Below are positions 50,539 to 62,890 of a DNA stretch of 64,000 bases, piece by piece. The DNA comes from an uncultured Verrucomicrobiota bacterium. Lineage in GTDB: Bacteria; Verrucomicrobiota; Kiritimatiellia; CAIQIC01; Lenti-01. Each line of letters begins with the position of its first letter. Within the stretch, counting starts at the first letter, position 1. Location: positions 18,512 to 82,511 of the forward strand of contig CALMNW010000014.1 in assembly GCA_937872095.1 (NCBI GenBank), written 5' to 3'. Under the pieces are notes generated by a model that worked only from the letters and a program-made list of their open reading frames with translations, ran no database searches and had not been told where the DNA came from. The translations under genes were made by a program, and so were the position numbers.

Positions 50539-51364
50539 GCCGCGCCGGGAAAAAGCGCGCCGCGAAATCCCCCAGCCAAGCCGCCCCCGTCACGGGATAC
50601 CGCGCGCGCGGGCAGCGCGATTCCAGCGCATGGACGATTTTCTTCGCCACCGCCTCGGGCGGCTTCTGGAAAACGTCCGTCGGCCGCGCATACGTGCGTT
50701 CGGGTCCGGCCAGTTCCTTCGCGTACTGTTTCGCGAAAACGGAATCACGCATTTCGAGGCCGCCCCGCGCCGCCTCGCTGACGACGCGCTTGCGGAAACA
50801 CGTCTTGATCGGCCCCGGCTCCACGAGCGACACCGAAATGCCGGCCGGGCCCAGTTCCATCCGCAGGCCGTCGCCGATGGCCTCCAGCGCGAACTTGCTG
50901 GCGGAATACGCCCCCAGGAACGGAATCACGACGCGGCCCACCACCGAACTCACCAGCACGATGCGCCCGCTTTTCTGCGCCCGCAACACGGGAATGAACC
51001 GGTTCGTGAAATCCAGCGTGCCGATCACGTTCGTTTCGAACTGCTTCCGGACGGCGGAGCGCGAGAGGTCTTCCAGCGCGCCGGGCTGGCCATAGCCCGC
51101 GTTGTTCACCACCGCTCCGATCACCCCCTGCGACAGTTCCAAGACTTCTTTCGCGGCATAGTCCACCGAATCGGGATCCGACAGGTCCAATTCCACCGGC
51201 TGGAATCCCTCGCCCCGCAGCAAATCCAGATCCGTCCGGCTGCGCGCGGCGGGAAACACCCGCCAGCCGCGCGCCTTCAGCATCCGCGCCGTCGCCCGGC
51301 CGATGCCGGTCGATGCCCCCGTCACCACCGCCGTTTTTTCGCCCACCATCGGATATCGTTTCAT
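50489..51364 (-). CDS. Short-chain dehydrogenase/reductase
   Basis: 'VVTGASTGIGRA', 'NNAG', 'YSASKFALE'. Confidence 0.9.
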   Translation of the reverse strand: MKRYPMVGEKTAVVTGASTGIGRATARMLKARGWRVFPAARSRTDLDLLRGEGFQPVELDLSDPDSVDYAAKEVLELSQGVIGAVVNNAGYGQPGALEDLSRSAVRKQFETNVIGTLDFTNRFIPVLRAQKSGRIVLVSSVVGRVVIPFLGAYSASKFALEAIGDGLRMELGPAGISVSLVEPGPIKTCFRKRVVSEAARGGLEMRDSVFAKQYAKELAGPERTYARPTDVFQKPPEAVAKKIVHALESRCPRARYPVTGAAWLGDFAARFFPARLKDRLLVSKVIGREVG

Positions 51365-51480
51365 GCGGCCATGTTAGGCCGGCGCGCGCATTTCAGCAAT
51401 CCCATTCGGGCCGCCGCCGATCGGCCCCTAAAAAAGGGTTGAACCGCTCCGCATTTGTGGCATATTGCCCCTCGTCTTTC

Positions 51481-51557
51481 GGGCGATTAGCTCAGTTGGT
51501 TAGAGCACTTCCTTGACATGGAAGGGGTCGGAGGTTCGAGTCCTCTATCGCCCACCA
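51481..51557 (+). tRNA. tRNA-Val: tRNA-Val (anticodon GAC), CCA encoded
   Basis: Cloverleaf: acceptor 'gggcgat'/'atcgccc', D-arm 'gctc..gagc', anticodon stem 'cttcc'/'ggaag' with loop 'ttGACat', T-arm 'ggagg ttcgagt cctct'. Confidence 0.9.
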
Positions 51558-51570
51558 CCCTCCGCTTTTC

Positions 51571-51674
51571 GGCTCTCCACCAAATGCGGGGGCAAGACCG
51601 CTCGATTCACTAACAACAACATGGCTCTCCACCAAATGCGGGGGCAAGACCGCTCGATTCACTAACAACAACAT
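51571..51674. repeat. Tandem duplication (2 x 52 bp) of an ISL3-type terminal end
   Basis: 'ggctctccaccaaatgcgggggcaagaccgctcgattcactaacaacaacat' at 51571-51622 and 51623-51674. The 'GGCTCT...' terminus is typical of ISL3 inverted repeats. Confidence 0.8.
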
Positions 51675-51805
51675 GCTCTCACCCGGAGCCTGTAGTTGTC
51701 AAAGTTCTTAAAGCCGTAGGCGCGGCGGCTGATCATCTCCATCTTGGTATGGAAGCCTTCCGTGATGCCGTTGTTGCGGCTGAAGCGCCACATGCGGGCG
51801 ATCTC
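51662..51805 (-). pseudogene. ISL3-family transposase, C-terminal ~47-aa remnant
   Basis: 'SRNNGITEGFHTKMEMISRRAYGFKNFDNYRLRV' is the conserved ISL3 transposase C-terminus. Nothing transposase-like lies upstream of it. The junction coordinate is approximate. Confidence 0.7.
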
Positions 51806-52024
51806 CGCAGCGCGGAACACCCCGACCAGCGTTACATTGGACTTACCAACGATCTCGACGCCCGGCTGGCCAAGCACAATTCCGGCGGCTCTCTCCGCAC
51901 GGCCAAATTCCGGCCGTGGAAATTGGAAACCGCCATCGTCTTTTGCAGCCAAGAAAAAGCAGCCGCATTTGAGCGCTATCTCAAAACGGGCGCTGGCTTC
52001 GCTTTCGCGAAAAAACACCTGTAA
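51806..52024 (+). pseudogene. GIY-YIG nuclease-family small protein, N-terminally truncated by the IS remnant
   Basis: 'HPDQRYIGLTNDLDARLAKHNSGGSLRTAKFRPWKLETAIVF...ERYLKTGAGFAFAKKHL'. The usual 'M.YVYIL' beginning is missing. Confidence 0.7.
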
Positions 52025-52083
52025 TCCACCGAGCGTTCTGCACGAGGAGGGCAAGCCCCCCCTCTGCCACTCCATGCAACCGC

Positions 52084-53613
<1,530 letters not shown>

Positions 53614-53658
53614 GATTCACTCTCCACTGGCAGGATGGCCAGAACGTCAAAATATCGC

Positions 53659-53707
53659 AAAACGCCCCGGATTTGTCGAAGCGTTTTATCGCATCCGGGG
53701 CGTTTTT
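53659..53707. terminator. Bidirectional terminator-like hairpin
   Basis: 'aaaa cgccccggat (20-nt loop) atccggggcg ttttt' just downstream of the giant gene stop. Confidence 0.55.
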
Positions 53708-53728
53708 ACATGGAATTTGTTCTGGCGC

Positions 53729-56700
53729 TTATGGTTCCGCAAGCAGGGAGCGGATTTCGCCGTACCAGACGCCCAGCGACTCGTTGGTGAGGATCATGTC
53801 GGGCACGCCCCACCCCAAGTTGCTGGTGATCGTGGGACTGAACAGGTTGGTGGAATAGATCAACTGATAGAACCGGCCCGTGCTGGCGGGGAACGAGAAC
53901 AGGAGCTTGCCCGTGGCGTTGCTGACGCTGGCGCGCACGTAGGTGCCGGACAGCGCCAGGACGCTGCTCGCCAAGGTCGGATCGGTATCGGCGATAAACT
54001 CCTCGTAGGTGGTCATGCCGTCGCCGTCGTCGTCCGCCGTTTCCTCGTAGCGGACGTCTTGCGGATCCAAGGACTGATCCTGCAGCCAAAGCACGAAGGG
54101 ATCCTCGCCTTCCGCGGCGATCGTCAGGGTGCCGGAGGCCGATCCTTGGTAATTGATTTCCGTGAGCGTGGCGACCACCGCATAGCTGCCCGTGTTGATC
54201 GGCAAAGTGGCCGAGCCGTCGTAGGTCACGGAAACGGCGAGCCCGTCCGGATCGGTCGTCACCGTCGCGCTCTTGGCGTAGCCGTCGTAAACGTAGTACA
54301 GCCCGGACAGCGACACCGTCGCCGCCGCCTTGGCGACCATCAGGGTGCCGGTAGCGCTTCCCGCGTAGTTCGCGTCCGAGACCGTTCCGGTCACGGCGTA
54401 GCTGCCGGCGTTCGACGGCGCGATCGCCGAGCCGTCGTAGGTCAGGTTCACGGTCAGGCCCGCCGGTTCGGTGGTCGCCCCCGCGTTCTTCGCGGTGCCG
54501 TCGAAGGTCTGGCTCAAGCCCGTCAGCGTCACCGCGGCAGAGCCTTGGGCGACCGTGAAGACGTCCGTCGCCCCGCCCTGGTAGTTGGCCTCGTCGATCA
54601 AGGCCACCGCGGCATACATGCCCACGGCCACGGGCAACGTCGCGGAACCGTCGTACGTGACGCCGACGTTCAAGCCGTCCGGAACGGTGGACACCGCGGC
54701 GGCCTGGCCCGTGCCGTCGTAGTAAGCCGTCAAGGAGTCGAAGGACACGTCGGCCTCGGCTTTGGCCACGGTCAGCGTGCCGGTGGCGCCGCCTTGGTAA
54801 TTGGCGTCGGTCACCGTCGCGACGACTTCGTAGCTGCCGGCGTTCGTCGGCGCGGCCGGCGAACCGTCGTAGGTCAGGGCATACGAGACGGCCGGCACGC
54901 AGACGGCGGCGGCGGGCCGCGCGGTGCCGTCGTAGACCTGGTCCAGATTGGTCAGGACGACGCCGGCCGCGGCCGGCGCGATCGTGAGCGTGCCCGTCGT
55001 TCCGCCGGAATAGCCGGCTTCGACGACTGTCGCGACCACGGCGTAGCTGCCGGCGTTCGACGGCGCGACATAGGAGGCGTCGTAGGTGACGGCCACGGAC
55101 AGGCCCGTGGGCGCAGTTGTCACCGTCGCCGTCTTGGCCGTGCCGTCGTAGACCTGGGACAGATTGGACAGCGTCACGGAGGCTTCCGACGCGGCGGCAT
55201 ACGGCATCACCGTGATGTCGTCGACGTTCACGCGGTTCCCGGCGGTGCCATCGACCATGAGGAAGCGCAGGTAGGCGGACTGGGCGACGGAAATCGTGTT
55301 GGACAGGTAGGCGAAGGTGCCGTTGATGCCATCGGCCACCACGTTGGTGTGCGTGGTCCAGTTCGTCCCGTCGGAGCTGGTCTGCAAGGCGAACGTGCCG
55401 GCCACGTCGGAGCTGAACATCGCGTAGTTGAACGCCACCGAGTAGATGCCGTTGGAGAACGGCGTCAAGCTCTGCACCACGCCGTTGGTTTCCGCCGTCA
55501 AGCTGATGAAGCGCAGGCGGATGGAGTTCGTGGTGATTCCGCAGGAATTCCGGACGTCCGTGGACGTGTTGCCGCGATAGGCGTTGTTGAGGAACCAATC
55601 CGTCGGATCCGCCGCGTTCAGCACGTTGGTATGGGGTCCGTAAACCGCGCTGGGCAGCCCGCTGCAATCGAAGTCGATCACGTACGGATCGCCGATGGCC
55701 GTCCCGCCGCTGGAACCGGCGGGCTCGATCACCACGGCGGAGGAAAACACGTTCGTGACGCCGACGTATTCGGCGCTGCCGGTCACGCAGACCGTGACGT
55801 CGTAGACGCCGACGGCGATCGGCACGGACGGCGAATACGCCGCCGACCAGGCCAGTCCCGGCGTGACCGTGAAGGTGTTGGTATGCACCGCCCCGTCGTA
55901 GGTCGTCGTGATCTGCGCGTCCAGCGTGCAGGTCGCCTGCGCTTCCGAAATCGCCACGGCGTTGCTGAAGACGAACGTGCCGCCGAGATAATGGGCGTCG
56001 CCCGTCACGGTCACCGTGGCGTCGTAGGTGCCCGGATCCACCGGATTGGTCGGCGCATAGGTGACCGACCAGACCAGGCCCGTGGTGACGTCGAAGACGT
56101 TGGTGTGCGGCTGGCCGTCGTAACCGACCGAGACCGGCGCGACCATGTCGCAGGTTGCCACGCCCTGGGTGATCGTCACGGCGTTGCTGAAGACGAACGT
56201 GCCGCCCATGATCAGGTCGGTATCCGGGACCGTCACCGTCGCGTCGTAGGTCCCGATCTCCACCGGATTGGTCGGCGCGTAAGCGACCGAGTACGGAATG
56301 CCGGCCGGCGTGACCGTAAAGGTGTTCGTCTGCGCCGCGCCGTTGAAGGGTGCCGAGATCGCCGCATCCAGCGAACATTCCGCCACGCCCGTCTCCGGCG
56401 GGATGTAGGAGCTGATCCAGACATTGTCCAGGTTGGCGTAGGCCTTGCGGGTCGTCGTCCACAGAATGCGGAAATCCACCGGTCCGACCACGTTCACCGT
56501 CGTGGCATTCGTCGTCAGCGCCGTGATGTTCGCGGTGTTCGCCGTCGCGAAGGTGACCCAGCCGGCGCCGGCATTGTATTGCACGGAGAAATCGACGCCC
56601 GCGCTCGTGCCGTAGCGGGCATAAGCGAAGCGGAAGTCGCCGATGCCGTTGGTCAAGGCACCCTGCAGGTAAATGCCGCCGTCGTAGTAGCGGGTCTTGA

Positions 56701-59599
56701 CGCCCCGGGTCCCGTCGATGCGGTCGTTGGCGTCGTTCGTCGCCACCACCAGCGCATTGGACAGCACCCAAAAGCGACCCGCGATCTCCTTGGGCGCGTA
56801 ATCCGTGTAGGTCGGCTTCAGGGCGGCATCCTCGAAGTCCACGTTCAGGTTTCCCGTGAAATACGGATCCGGATCCTCTTCGTTCGGGATGCCGTCGCCG
56901 TCGATGTCGTCGTCGCATTCATCGCCAATGCCGTCCGCGTCGATGTCCGATTGGTTGGCGTTCGCGTTGTACGGGCAGTTGTCCGCGCCGTTCAGGTCGC
57001 CGTCGCCGTCGAGGTCCGGATCGCAGGCGTCGCCGATGCCGTCGCCGTCCGTGTCGGTTTGCGTCGGGTTGTAGGTTTCGGGGCAGTTGTCCATGTCGTC
57101 CATGATGCCGTCCAGGTCCTGATCGCCCGGCGCGAGGATCAGGTCTCCGCTCGTTTGCTGGGCGTTGATCGCGCCCGGCGTCGCCAAGGCGTTGTACCAG
57201 GTGCCCGTGGCCATCAGCACGTTGTTGGGCGCTTGGGGACAAGTGTCGGTGCTGGAGTCGGTCCCGACGATATGCAGGTAGTTCTTGCTGCCGGGCGGGA
57301 CGTTGGTCGAAACCGTGGACGGATCGTCCACTCCGATGTCGAAGGTGTCTCCCAGCCAGACCACGGCGTCGAGGATGGTCCCCGTATCGTCGTACAGGAT
57401 CAGCCCGTCTCCCGCATTCAGCAGACCGCCGGGCAGGATGAAATCGGTGTTGGCGACGTAATTCGAATTCTGGCTGACGACCGCGAAGCCCAGCGGATTG
57501 CTGCCGCTGTCGACCACGCCGTCGTCCGGCAGCGTGAAAGCGGGAAACGTGAAGGTCCAAACCGCGCCGTCGGTGGTGTCGGCGCCGTTGCGATGCTCGA
57601 TCCGATATCCGGCCAGATTCATTCCCGCCGGCCCGATGATTTCGATGAATTCATTGGTGTCCGCGCCGTTGCCGTCGGCCTGCACCTCGTTGAACATCGG
57701 CTTGAGGTTCGCGGAGGCGCCGAACACCGGGAAGGAGTAGGAATTGGTCTCCGAAAAATCCACGTGCAGTCCTTCCGGCCCCTGATAGGAATACTGCACG
57801 TAATAATCCAACACGTCGCCCTGCTCTTTGGCCACGCTGATATCCGGCGTCCGCCACGTGGTTCCGGAATTGGTCATCGCGGCGCCGATCCAGCTGCCGC
57901 CCGCCACCCGGAACACCCCGGTCGCCGTCAGGTTGGAAGCCAGCAGGTTCGGCGTGATCCCGACCATGATGGCGAAGTCGTTCGTCGCCCGCGGCGCGGA
58001 CGGGTCCAGCGCGGGACCCGCCGAAACGTAGGCTTCCGCGTTCGCCAACGCCTGGTGCCAGCCGGGCGTCGCCGCATTGGTTCCCGCCACGATCGTCCAC
58101 TCGTTGGAATCCCAGGTGGACAGCGGATCGCTGACGCCCACGTTGCGCGCGGCGGCGGAATTCGTGAAGGCCCAGGCTCCCGGCAAGGCTCCGATCTGGC
58201 CGAAGACGTCCGACAGGCTCCCATTCGGTTTCAGCAGCGCGACCGTATCGTTGCCGTTGACCGAACCGATGATGGCCGCCTGCTGGTCGGCCGCCACGCC
58301 CCAATAGGTCGGAAACGCGTTCGTCGAAGCCGCCAGCAAGTAGGTTCCGCCGGCGGCGATCGTCCCGCCCAAAGCGATGGAGGTGGGATTCGTCGATCCG
58401 TTCAGGTACACCGCCAGGGAGTAGCCGGTCAGATCCAGTTCGGAACTGCCCGTGTTGCAGATTTCGACGTAGGTGCCATTGGTCAGCGAATGGTCCACCA
58501 CTTCGCTGATGATCCCCACCGGCGTGACGCCGGGCACGGCATCGACCAGATGGAAGTCCGAAAAGACCATTCGGTGGTCCGAAGCGTCGAAGCTGGCGTT
58601 GGCCGGCGGCAGCGGGCCGGGCTTGTAGAGTCCGACGCCCGGACCGTCGAACTCCGCGTTGTAGATCTCCCCCGTCGGCGCCCCGTAGGCGCTGTTCATG
58701 ATTTCATCGCTGAACAAGATGTAGTCCAGCCGGTAGCGACCGCTTTCCAGTACGTAGTAATGCGTCCACGTGAGGTTCGTGCCGGTGTGGGCCGGATTGA
58801 TCCAGCCCATTCCCGCGGCCGAGAGGCGCTCGGTGGGGAATTTGCTGTACGGCATCAGCCAGCCAGAATTCGTGGGATTGTTCCACGGAATGTCGAATCC
58901 GTCGTTGAAGCCCGCCGACAACGAGCCCAAAATGGAGTCGTAATAGGCGATATCGAAACTGTCGTTCTGCGTCAGGGCGATGTCGTCGTTGAAATCGCCC
59001 ATGATCGCGTATTCCGTGTCCAAGGGGTATTGCGCAACCATGTTGGTGATGTAGTTCACGATCCGATGCATCTCGAACGCCCGCTGCAGCCGGGCCGACT
59101 TGGTCGTCGTGCCGGCCTTGTTGTGGGTCACGAACACGTGGAACGGATTGAGCGCTCCCGGCACTTCGATTTGCGCATGCAACGGCCAGCGCATGATTTC
59201 CGCCGCGGCGGGGTCCACGACGGTTTCCCGGATCTGATCGGTGTACGTGATGGGGTATTTGCTCCAGACCCCCACCCGCATGGAGCTGTCGAACGTCCCC
59301 CCCACGGACATGGCATAATAGGGATACCCCAGCGCCGCCGCCGCCGCGATCCACGTGTCCCGATCTTCATCCGCATACAATTCTTCGAAGCAAAGAATGT
59401 CTGGCTGCACGCGCTGGACGATCGAGGTCACCGCGACGTAGTCGACGTCGTTGGTGGTGCCGCGGTCGCTGTCCGTGTCGATGCCGTACGCGACGTTGAA
59501 CGCCGCAATGCGCACGTCCACCGCCTGGGCCGAAAGCACCCCCAGACAGAAAAAGGCCAAAGCGCCCCAGCCCACTTTCAAGAGTTTCGCCTGCATCAT
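53729..59599 (-). CDS. Giant secreted ExeM/NucH-like protein: EEP nuclease/phosphatase domain, 2 lamin-tail domains, thrombospondin type-3 repeats, ~8 MBG-type repeats, C-terminal beta-sandwich-like module
   Basis: Signal peptide '[26 protein letters not shown]'. EEP '[11 protein letters not shown]', 'ILCFEEL', 'MGDFND', '[10 protein letters not shown]'. LTD '[30 protein letters not shown]' and '[31 protein letters not shown]'. TSP3 '[32 protein letters not shown]'. Repeats with 'YDGTAK...AGSYAV.ATV..ANY.G'. Confidence 0.85.
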   Translation of the reverse strand: MMQAKLLKVGWGALAFFCLGVLSAQAVDVRIAAFNVAYGIDTDSDRGTTNDVDYVAVTSIVQRVQPDILCFEELYADEDRDTWIAAAAALGYPYYAMSVGGTFDSSMRVGVWSKYPITYTDQIRETVVDPAAAEIMRWPLHAQIEVPGALNPFHVFVTHNKAGTTTKSARLQRAFEMHRIVNYITNMVAQYPLDTEYAIMGDFNDDIALTQNDSFDIAYYDSILGSLSAGFNDGFDIPWNNPTNSGWLMPYSKFPTERLSAAGMGWINPAHTGTNLTWTHYYVLESGRYRLDYILFSDEIMNSAYGAPTGEIYNAEFDGPGVGLYKPGPLPPANASFDASDHRMVFSDFHLVDAVPGVTPVGIISEVVDHSLTNGTYVEICNTGSSELDLTGYSLAVYLNGSTNPTSIALGGTIAAGGTYLLAASTNAFPTYWGVAADQQAAIIGSVNGNDTVALLKPNGSLSDVFGQIGALPGAWAFTNSAAARNVGVSDPLSTWDSNEWTIVAGTNAATPGWHQALANAEAYVSAGPALDPSAPRATNDFAIMVGITPNLLASNLTATGVFRVAGGSWIGAAMTNSGTTWRTPDISVAKEQGDVLDYYVQYSYQGPEGLHVDFSETNSYSFPVFGASANLKPMFNEVQADGNGADTNEFIEIIGPAGMNLAGYRIEHRNGADTTDGAVWTFTFPAFTLPDDGVVDSGSNPLGFAVVSQNSNYVANTDFILPGGLLNAGDGLILYDDTGTILDAVVWLGDTFDIGVDDPSTVSTNVPPGSKNYLHIVGTDSSTDTCPQAPNNVLMATGTWYNALATPGAINAQQTSGDLILAPGDQDLDGIMDDMDNCPETYNPTQTDTDGDGIGDACDPDLDGDGDLNGADNCPYNANANQSDIDADGIGDECDDDIDGDGIPNEEDPDPYFTGNLNVDFEDAALKPTYTDYAPKEIAGRFWVLSNALVVATNDANDRIDGTRGVKTRYYDGGIYLQGALTNGIGDFRFAYARYGTSAGVDFSVQYNAGAGWVTFATANTANITALTTNATTVNVVGPVDFRILWTTTRKAYANLDNVWISSYIPPETGVAECSLDAAISAPFNGAAQTNTFTVTPAGIPYSVAYAPTNPVEIGTYDATVTVPDTDLIMGGTFVFSNAVTITQGVATCDMVAPVSVGYDGQPHTNVFDVTTGLVWSVTYAPTNPVDPGTYDATVTVTGDAHYLGGTFVFSNAVAISEAQATCTLDAQITTTYDGAVHTNTFTVTPGLAWSAAYSPSVPIAVGVYDVTVCVTGSAEYVGVTNVFSSAVVIEPAGSSGGTAIGDPYVIDFDCSGLPSAVYGPHTNVLNAADPTDWFLNNAYRGNTSTDVRNSCGITTNSIRLRFISLTAETNGVVQSLTPFSNGIYSVAFNYAMFSSDVAGTFALQTSSDGTNWTTHTNVVADGINGTFAYLSNTISVAQSAYLRFLMVDGTAGNRVNVDDITVMPYAAASEASVTLSNLSQVYDGTAKTATVTTAPTGLSVAVTYDASYVAPSNAGSYAVVATVVEAGYSGGTTGTLTIAPAAAGVVLTNLDQVYDGTARPAAAVCVPAVSYALTYDGSPAAPTNAGSYEVVATVTDANYQGGATGTLTVAKAEADVSFDSLTAYYDGTGQAAAVSTVPDGLNVGVTYDGSATLPVAVGMYAAVALIDEANYQGGATDVFTVAQGSAAVTLTGLSQTFDGTAKNAGATTEPAGLTVNLTYDGSAIAPSNAGSYAVTGTVSDANYAGSATGTLMVAKAAATVSLSGLYYVYDGYAKSATVTTDPDGLAVSVTYDGSATLPINTGSYAVVATLTEINYQGSASGTLTIAAEGEDPFVLWLQDQSLDPQDVRYEETADDDGDGMTTYEEFIADTDPTLASSVLALSGTYVRASVSNATGKLLFSFPASTGRFYQLIYSTNLFSPTITSNLGWGVPDMILTNESLGVWYGEIRSLLAEP

Positions 59600-59709
59600 T
59601 TTTTCCGCTCCTCGACACCCGTGCACACGCTTCCCGTGCAAGAAGGTTCAGGAGATCAATTTACTGCACTCCCCCCAAATGTCCAAACACAATTTTAACA
59701 TTATGTTAC

Positions 59710-61662
59710 TTAATTGTCGTTCAGGAGTTGTGTCGCCAGACGGTCCCGACGCTGCCCCGCGTCCTCCCACTCCGCCAGCTTTGCGCGCAAATCATCCTCA
59801 ACATCCTTGAGTTTCCGCCCCGTGGCCGCCCGATCTTCCTCCGGAGTTCCAACGGCAGCAAGTCGCTCGTATAGAGCCGATTGCTCTCTTTCAAGCGCAG
59901 GGATTTCTTTTTCCAATTTCTCGACTTCCCGCTCCATGCGGCGCAGTTCGTTTTTCAGCATCTTGCGATCCCGAAAAGCTTCTGCTCGCGCCGCTTTCGC
60001 CGCATCCGCGGCAGGGGTGGGTTCGGGGCTATCCATCTTCCCCCCCGCCTCGCGTTCGATTTTTTCGCGATAGTAGTCATAACCGCCGGCAAACCGACGC
60101 ACCCCGCCCCCGCCCGGCGCAACGGCAATGATTCCCTCTGCCACCGCCCGCACGAAAGCCACGTCGTGGGAAACCAGCACCACCGTGCCCTCGTAGGCGG
60201 CGATCGCATCCTGCAAAGCCTCGCGGCTTTCCACGTCCAGATGGGTCGTGGGCTCATCCAACAACAGCAAATTCGGCGGACGGATCAAAATCCGGGCGAA
60301 CGCCAGCCGGATGCGCTCGCCGCCCGAGAGCACCTCCACGCGCTTTTCCGCCGCCTCTCCGGAAAATCCGAAACCGCCCAGCAGGGTCCGGATCTCCACT
60401 TCGGCGGCATCGTTCGCCACGGCCTTGAGCGTGTCGAGGCAACTCCGCGTCCGGTCCATCGTGTCGGCCGTCTCCTGGCTCTGGTAGCCCGGCACCACTT
60501 GATGCCCCGCCACGCGCTTGCCCTCTCCCGGCGCCAGTTGTCCCGCCATCACCCGCAGCAGCGTCGTTTTGCCCGCGCCGTTGGGCCCCACCACCGCCAA
60601 CTTCTCCCCCTTCTGCACCGCCAGATCCACCCCGCGGAAAATCCACTTGTCCGCTTCGTAGCCAAATCCCACCCCGTCGCAACGCAATACCTCTTGTCCG
60701 CAATGCGGCGGCTTGGCCAAGCGGAAATGCCCGCGGCCGCGCGCGATCTCGACCACCTCGGTGCGTTCCAGCTTTTCCAGCATCTTGATCCGGCTCTGCA
60801 CGCGCGAAGACATCGTGTTCTTGGCCCGGAACCGCTCCACGAACCGTTCGATCTGCTCGCGCTTCCGATCTTCGTTCGCCTGCCGCGCCAGCGACACCTC
60901 CCGGCGCTTTTCGCGCTCCTGGGCATACCAGGAATACCGTCCCGGATACCGCGTCACCCGACCGACCGCCACCTCGACCGTGACCTCGCACAGCGATTCC
61001 AGCAAATAGCGGTCATGGGAAATCATCGCCAGCGTGCCGCGAAAGCCCTCCAGACGCCGGCGCAGCCATTCCACGGCCGGCAAATCCAGATAATTGCTGG
61101 GTTCGTCGAGCAACAGCAAATCCGGCTCCGCGATCAACGCCCGGCTGAGTTCCGCCCGCATCTGCCACCCGCCGGAGAATTCGCCCAGCGGCCGCTGCAA
61201 ATCCTCCACGCGAAAACCGAGTCCCGTCAAGGCCGCGGCCGCCCGCGCATGCAGATCGTAGCCGCCCTGCGCTTCGAAGCTCGTTTGCAGTTCGCCCAGA
61301 CGGCGCAACAACACGCGCGCTTCGCCGGCGTCGTCGTCCGCCAAATGCTCTTCGATGTGGTGGATCTCCGCGCGGATCGTCTCCAAATCCGGCGCAGCCC
61401 GTTCCACGTATTTCAAGAGCGGGGTCCGTTCTTCGCCGGGTTTCACCTGCTGGCGCAGGTGTCCGATGCGGATGTCCTTCGCCCGCTCCACCGAACCGGC
61501 ATCCGCGTCGGATTCCCCCGTGATCAGGTCGAAGATCGTGGATTTACCGGCTCCGTTGGGCCCGACGATCCCGGCGCGTTCCCCCGCCAGCAAGCGGAAA
61601 TCCACGCGGTCGAGCACCACCTGCCCGCCGTACCGCTTGCTCACTTGCCGGAATTCGATCAT
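59710..61662 (-). CDS. ABC-F family ATPase (two ABC domains, C-terminal coiled coil)
   Basis: Walker A 'GPNGAGKST' and 'GPNGAGKTT'. Signatures 'FSGGWQMR' and 'LSGGERIR'. 'LLLDEPSNYLD' and 'LLLDEPTTHLD'. No TM segments. Confidence 0.9.
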   Translation of the reverse strand: MIEFRQVSKRYGGQVVLDRVDFRLLAGERAGIVGPNGAGKSTIFDLITGESDADAGSVERAKDIRIGHLRQQVKPGEERTPLLKYVERAAPDLETIRAEIHHIEEHLADDDAGEARVLLRRLGELQTSFEAQGGYDLHARAAAALTGLGFRVEDLQRPLGEFSGGWQMRAELSRALIAEPDLLLLDEPSNYLDLPAVEWLRRRLEGFRGTLAMISHDRYLLESLCEVTVEVAVGRVTRYPGRYSWYAQEREKRREVSLARQANEDRKREQIERFVERFRAKNTMSSRVQSRIKMLEKLERTEVVEIARGRGHFRLAKPPHCGQEVLRCDGVGFGYEADKWIFRGVDLAVQKGEKLAVVGPNGAGKTTLLRVMAGQLAPGEGKRVAGHQVVPGYQSQETADTMDRTRSCLDTLKAVANDAAEVEIRTLLGGFGFSGEAAEKRVEVLSGGERIRLAFARILIRPPNLLLLDEPTTHLDVESREALQDAIAAYEGTVVLVSHDVAFVRAVAEGIIAVAPGGGGVRRFAGGYDYYREKIEREAGGKMDSPEPTPAADAAKAARAEAFRDRKMLKNELRRMEREVEKLEKEIPALEREQSALYERLAAVGTPEEDRAATGRKLKDVEDDLRAKLAEWEDAGQRRDRLATQLLNDN

Positions 61663-61728
61663 CTTTTCCCCATACCACGCCGTCCGAGGAGCGGCAAGCG
61701 CGCCGCCGGATCCCGCCGCGCAAAACGG

Positions 61729-62457
61729 TCAGAGTTTCTTGGTCTGCCGGATGACCTGCTGCTCGCTGGCCGTCAGGAGGCGATGCAGTTCCTGCGGGTC
61801 GTCCGTTCCGCGCATTTCCAGCAGCAGGCTCGTTTGGTGGCACATCATGCAGAGCCGCGCCAGCACGTGCAGGTGGATGCGGTCGTCTTGGCAGCAGATG
61901 AGGAAGAAGACGTCCGTCGTCGAGCGGTCGGGCGAACCGAAGGGCACCTGCGCAATGGTCTTGCCGACGACCACGAACGAATCTTCGAACATGTACGGCT
62001 CGTGGTTGCGCGGATGCAACAGGGCCAAGCCGCCGGACAAGGCCGTGGAACAGAGTTTTTCGCGCTCGACGAGGCTTTCCAGCAATTCGTCGCGGTAGCA
62101 CAGCAGCTGCGTGGCATCGGCGAGCGCCACCATCTCCCGGATCACGGACGATTTCGAGCGGCAGGTCATCCCCGGCCGGATCCATTCCGGCCGGGTCAGC
62201 GCCGGCATGATGGCGGCTTCGTCCGACAGATCGTGGTATTTCGCCGTGCTGCGGCGATGGAAATCCGCCAGTTTTTCCGCGCTGGATTCCAGCAGCTGGC
62301 GCGAAGCCCATTCATCCACGGCGTTGTGCCGGAAAACCAACCGTTCGCCTTGGCGTTCGCAGGGAATTTCCCCGCGCCGCGCCAGTTCTTCGACCCGGTC
62401 TTCCGGCAAGTGCAGGTAATCGGCCGCCTCGGACAGGTTGAAGATCCTGAATGGCAT
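61729..62457 (-). CDS. Excisionase-type HTH domain fused to PTS EIIA(Ntr)-like (PtsN-type) domain
   Basis: N-terminal 'FNLSEAADYLHLPEDRVEELARRGEIPCERQGERLVFRHNAVDEWA'. EIIA-2-like 'STALSGGLALLHPRN' and 'FFLICCQDDRIHLHVLARL'. Confidence 0.75.
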   Translation of the reverse strand: MPFRIFNLSEAADYLHLPEDRVEELARRGEIPCERQGERLVFRHNAVDEWASRQLLESSAEKLADFHRRSTAKYHDLSDEAAIMPALTRPEWIRPGMTCRSKSSVIREMVALADATQLLCYRDELLESLVEREKLCSTALSGGLALLHPRNHEPYMFEDSFVVVGKTIAQVPFGSPDRSTTDVFFLICCQDDRIHLHVLARLCMMCHQTSLLLEMRGTDDPQELHRLLTASEQQVIRQTKKL

Positions 62458-62479
62458 GCCGCGTCCCCGTTCCGTCCGC

Positions 62480-62890
62480 CTAGATGCCCAGCAGGCCGGT
62501 CGCAAACGCCAACAGGAGCGCCAGCGCCAGCGCCAGCAAGCCCGCCGTGAACTTCGGGAACGGACTGCCGTCCGCCTGCCGCCGCAGCCATTTCGCATAG
62601 AACGCCGCGCCGCCCGTCGCGAGGGTCAACAGCAACGTCGCGAGGAAAAACGCCTGGTTCTTCCAGAGGGTCGCGGCCGGACCGGCCCCCGGCGATCCCG
62701 AACCGCCGACCGCCGCCTTGCCTACCAGCGGCAGGATCATGCACTGGAAGAGAAACAGCAGGCCGAACAAAACGGACAGCGCCTGTCCCGCCGCCGGAGC
62801 GGCCAGCAGCTTGCGGAGGGCTTCCGCCCCGGATTCCACGGGAACGGACTTTTGCTTCGTTTCTTTGTTCATCAGGCGGACATTCTCCAT
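62480..62890 (-). CDS. Small membrane protein (3-4 TM), unknown function
   Basis: Hydrophobic segments 'LSVLFGLLFLFQCMILPLV', 'FFLATLLLTLATGGAAF', 'GLLALALALLLAFATGLLG'. It lies 22 nt upstream of the HTH-EIIA gene. Confidence 0.45.
   Translation of the reverse strand: MENVRLMNKETKQKSVPVESGAEALRKLLAAPAAGQALSVLFGLLFLFQCMILPLVGKAAVGGSGSPGAGPAATLWKNQAFFLATLLLTLATGGAAFYAKWLRRQADGSPFPKFTAGLLALALALLLAFATGLLGI

Noticed and set aside
59696-59708. 13-bp palindrome 'taacattatgtta' between the ABC-F stop and the giant gene promoter region
   Set aside because: It is too short and isolated to call as an operator. It is AT-rich and may simply be part of a promoter or terminator.
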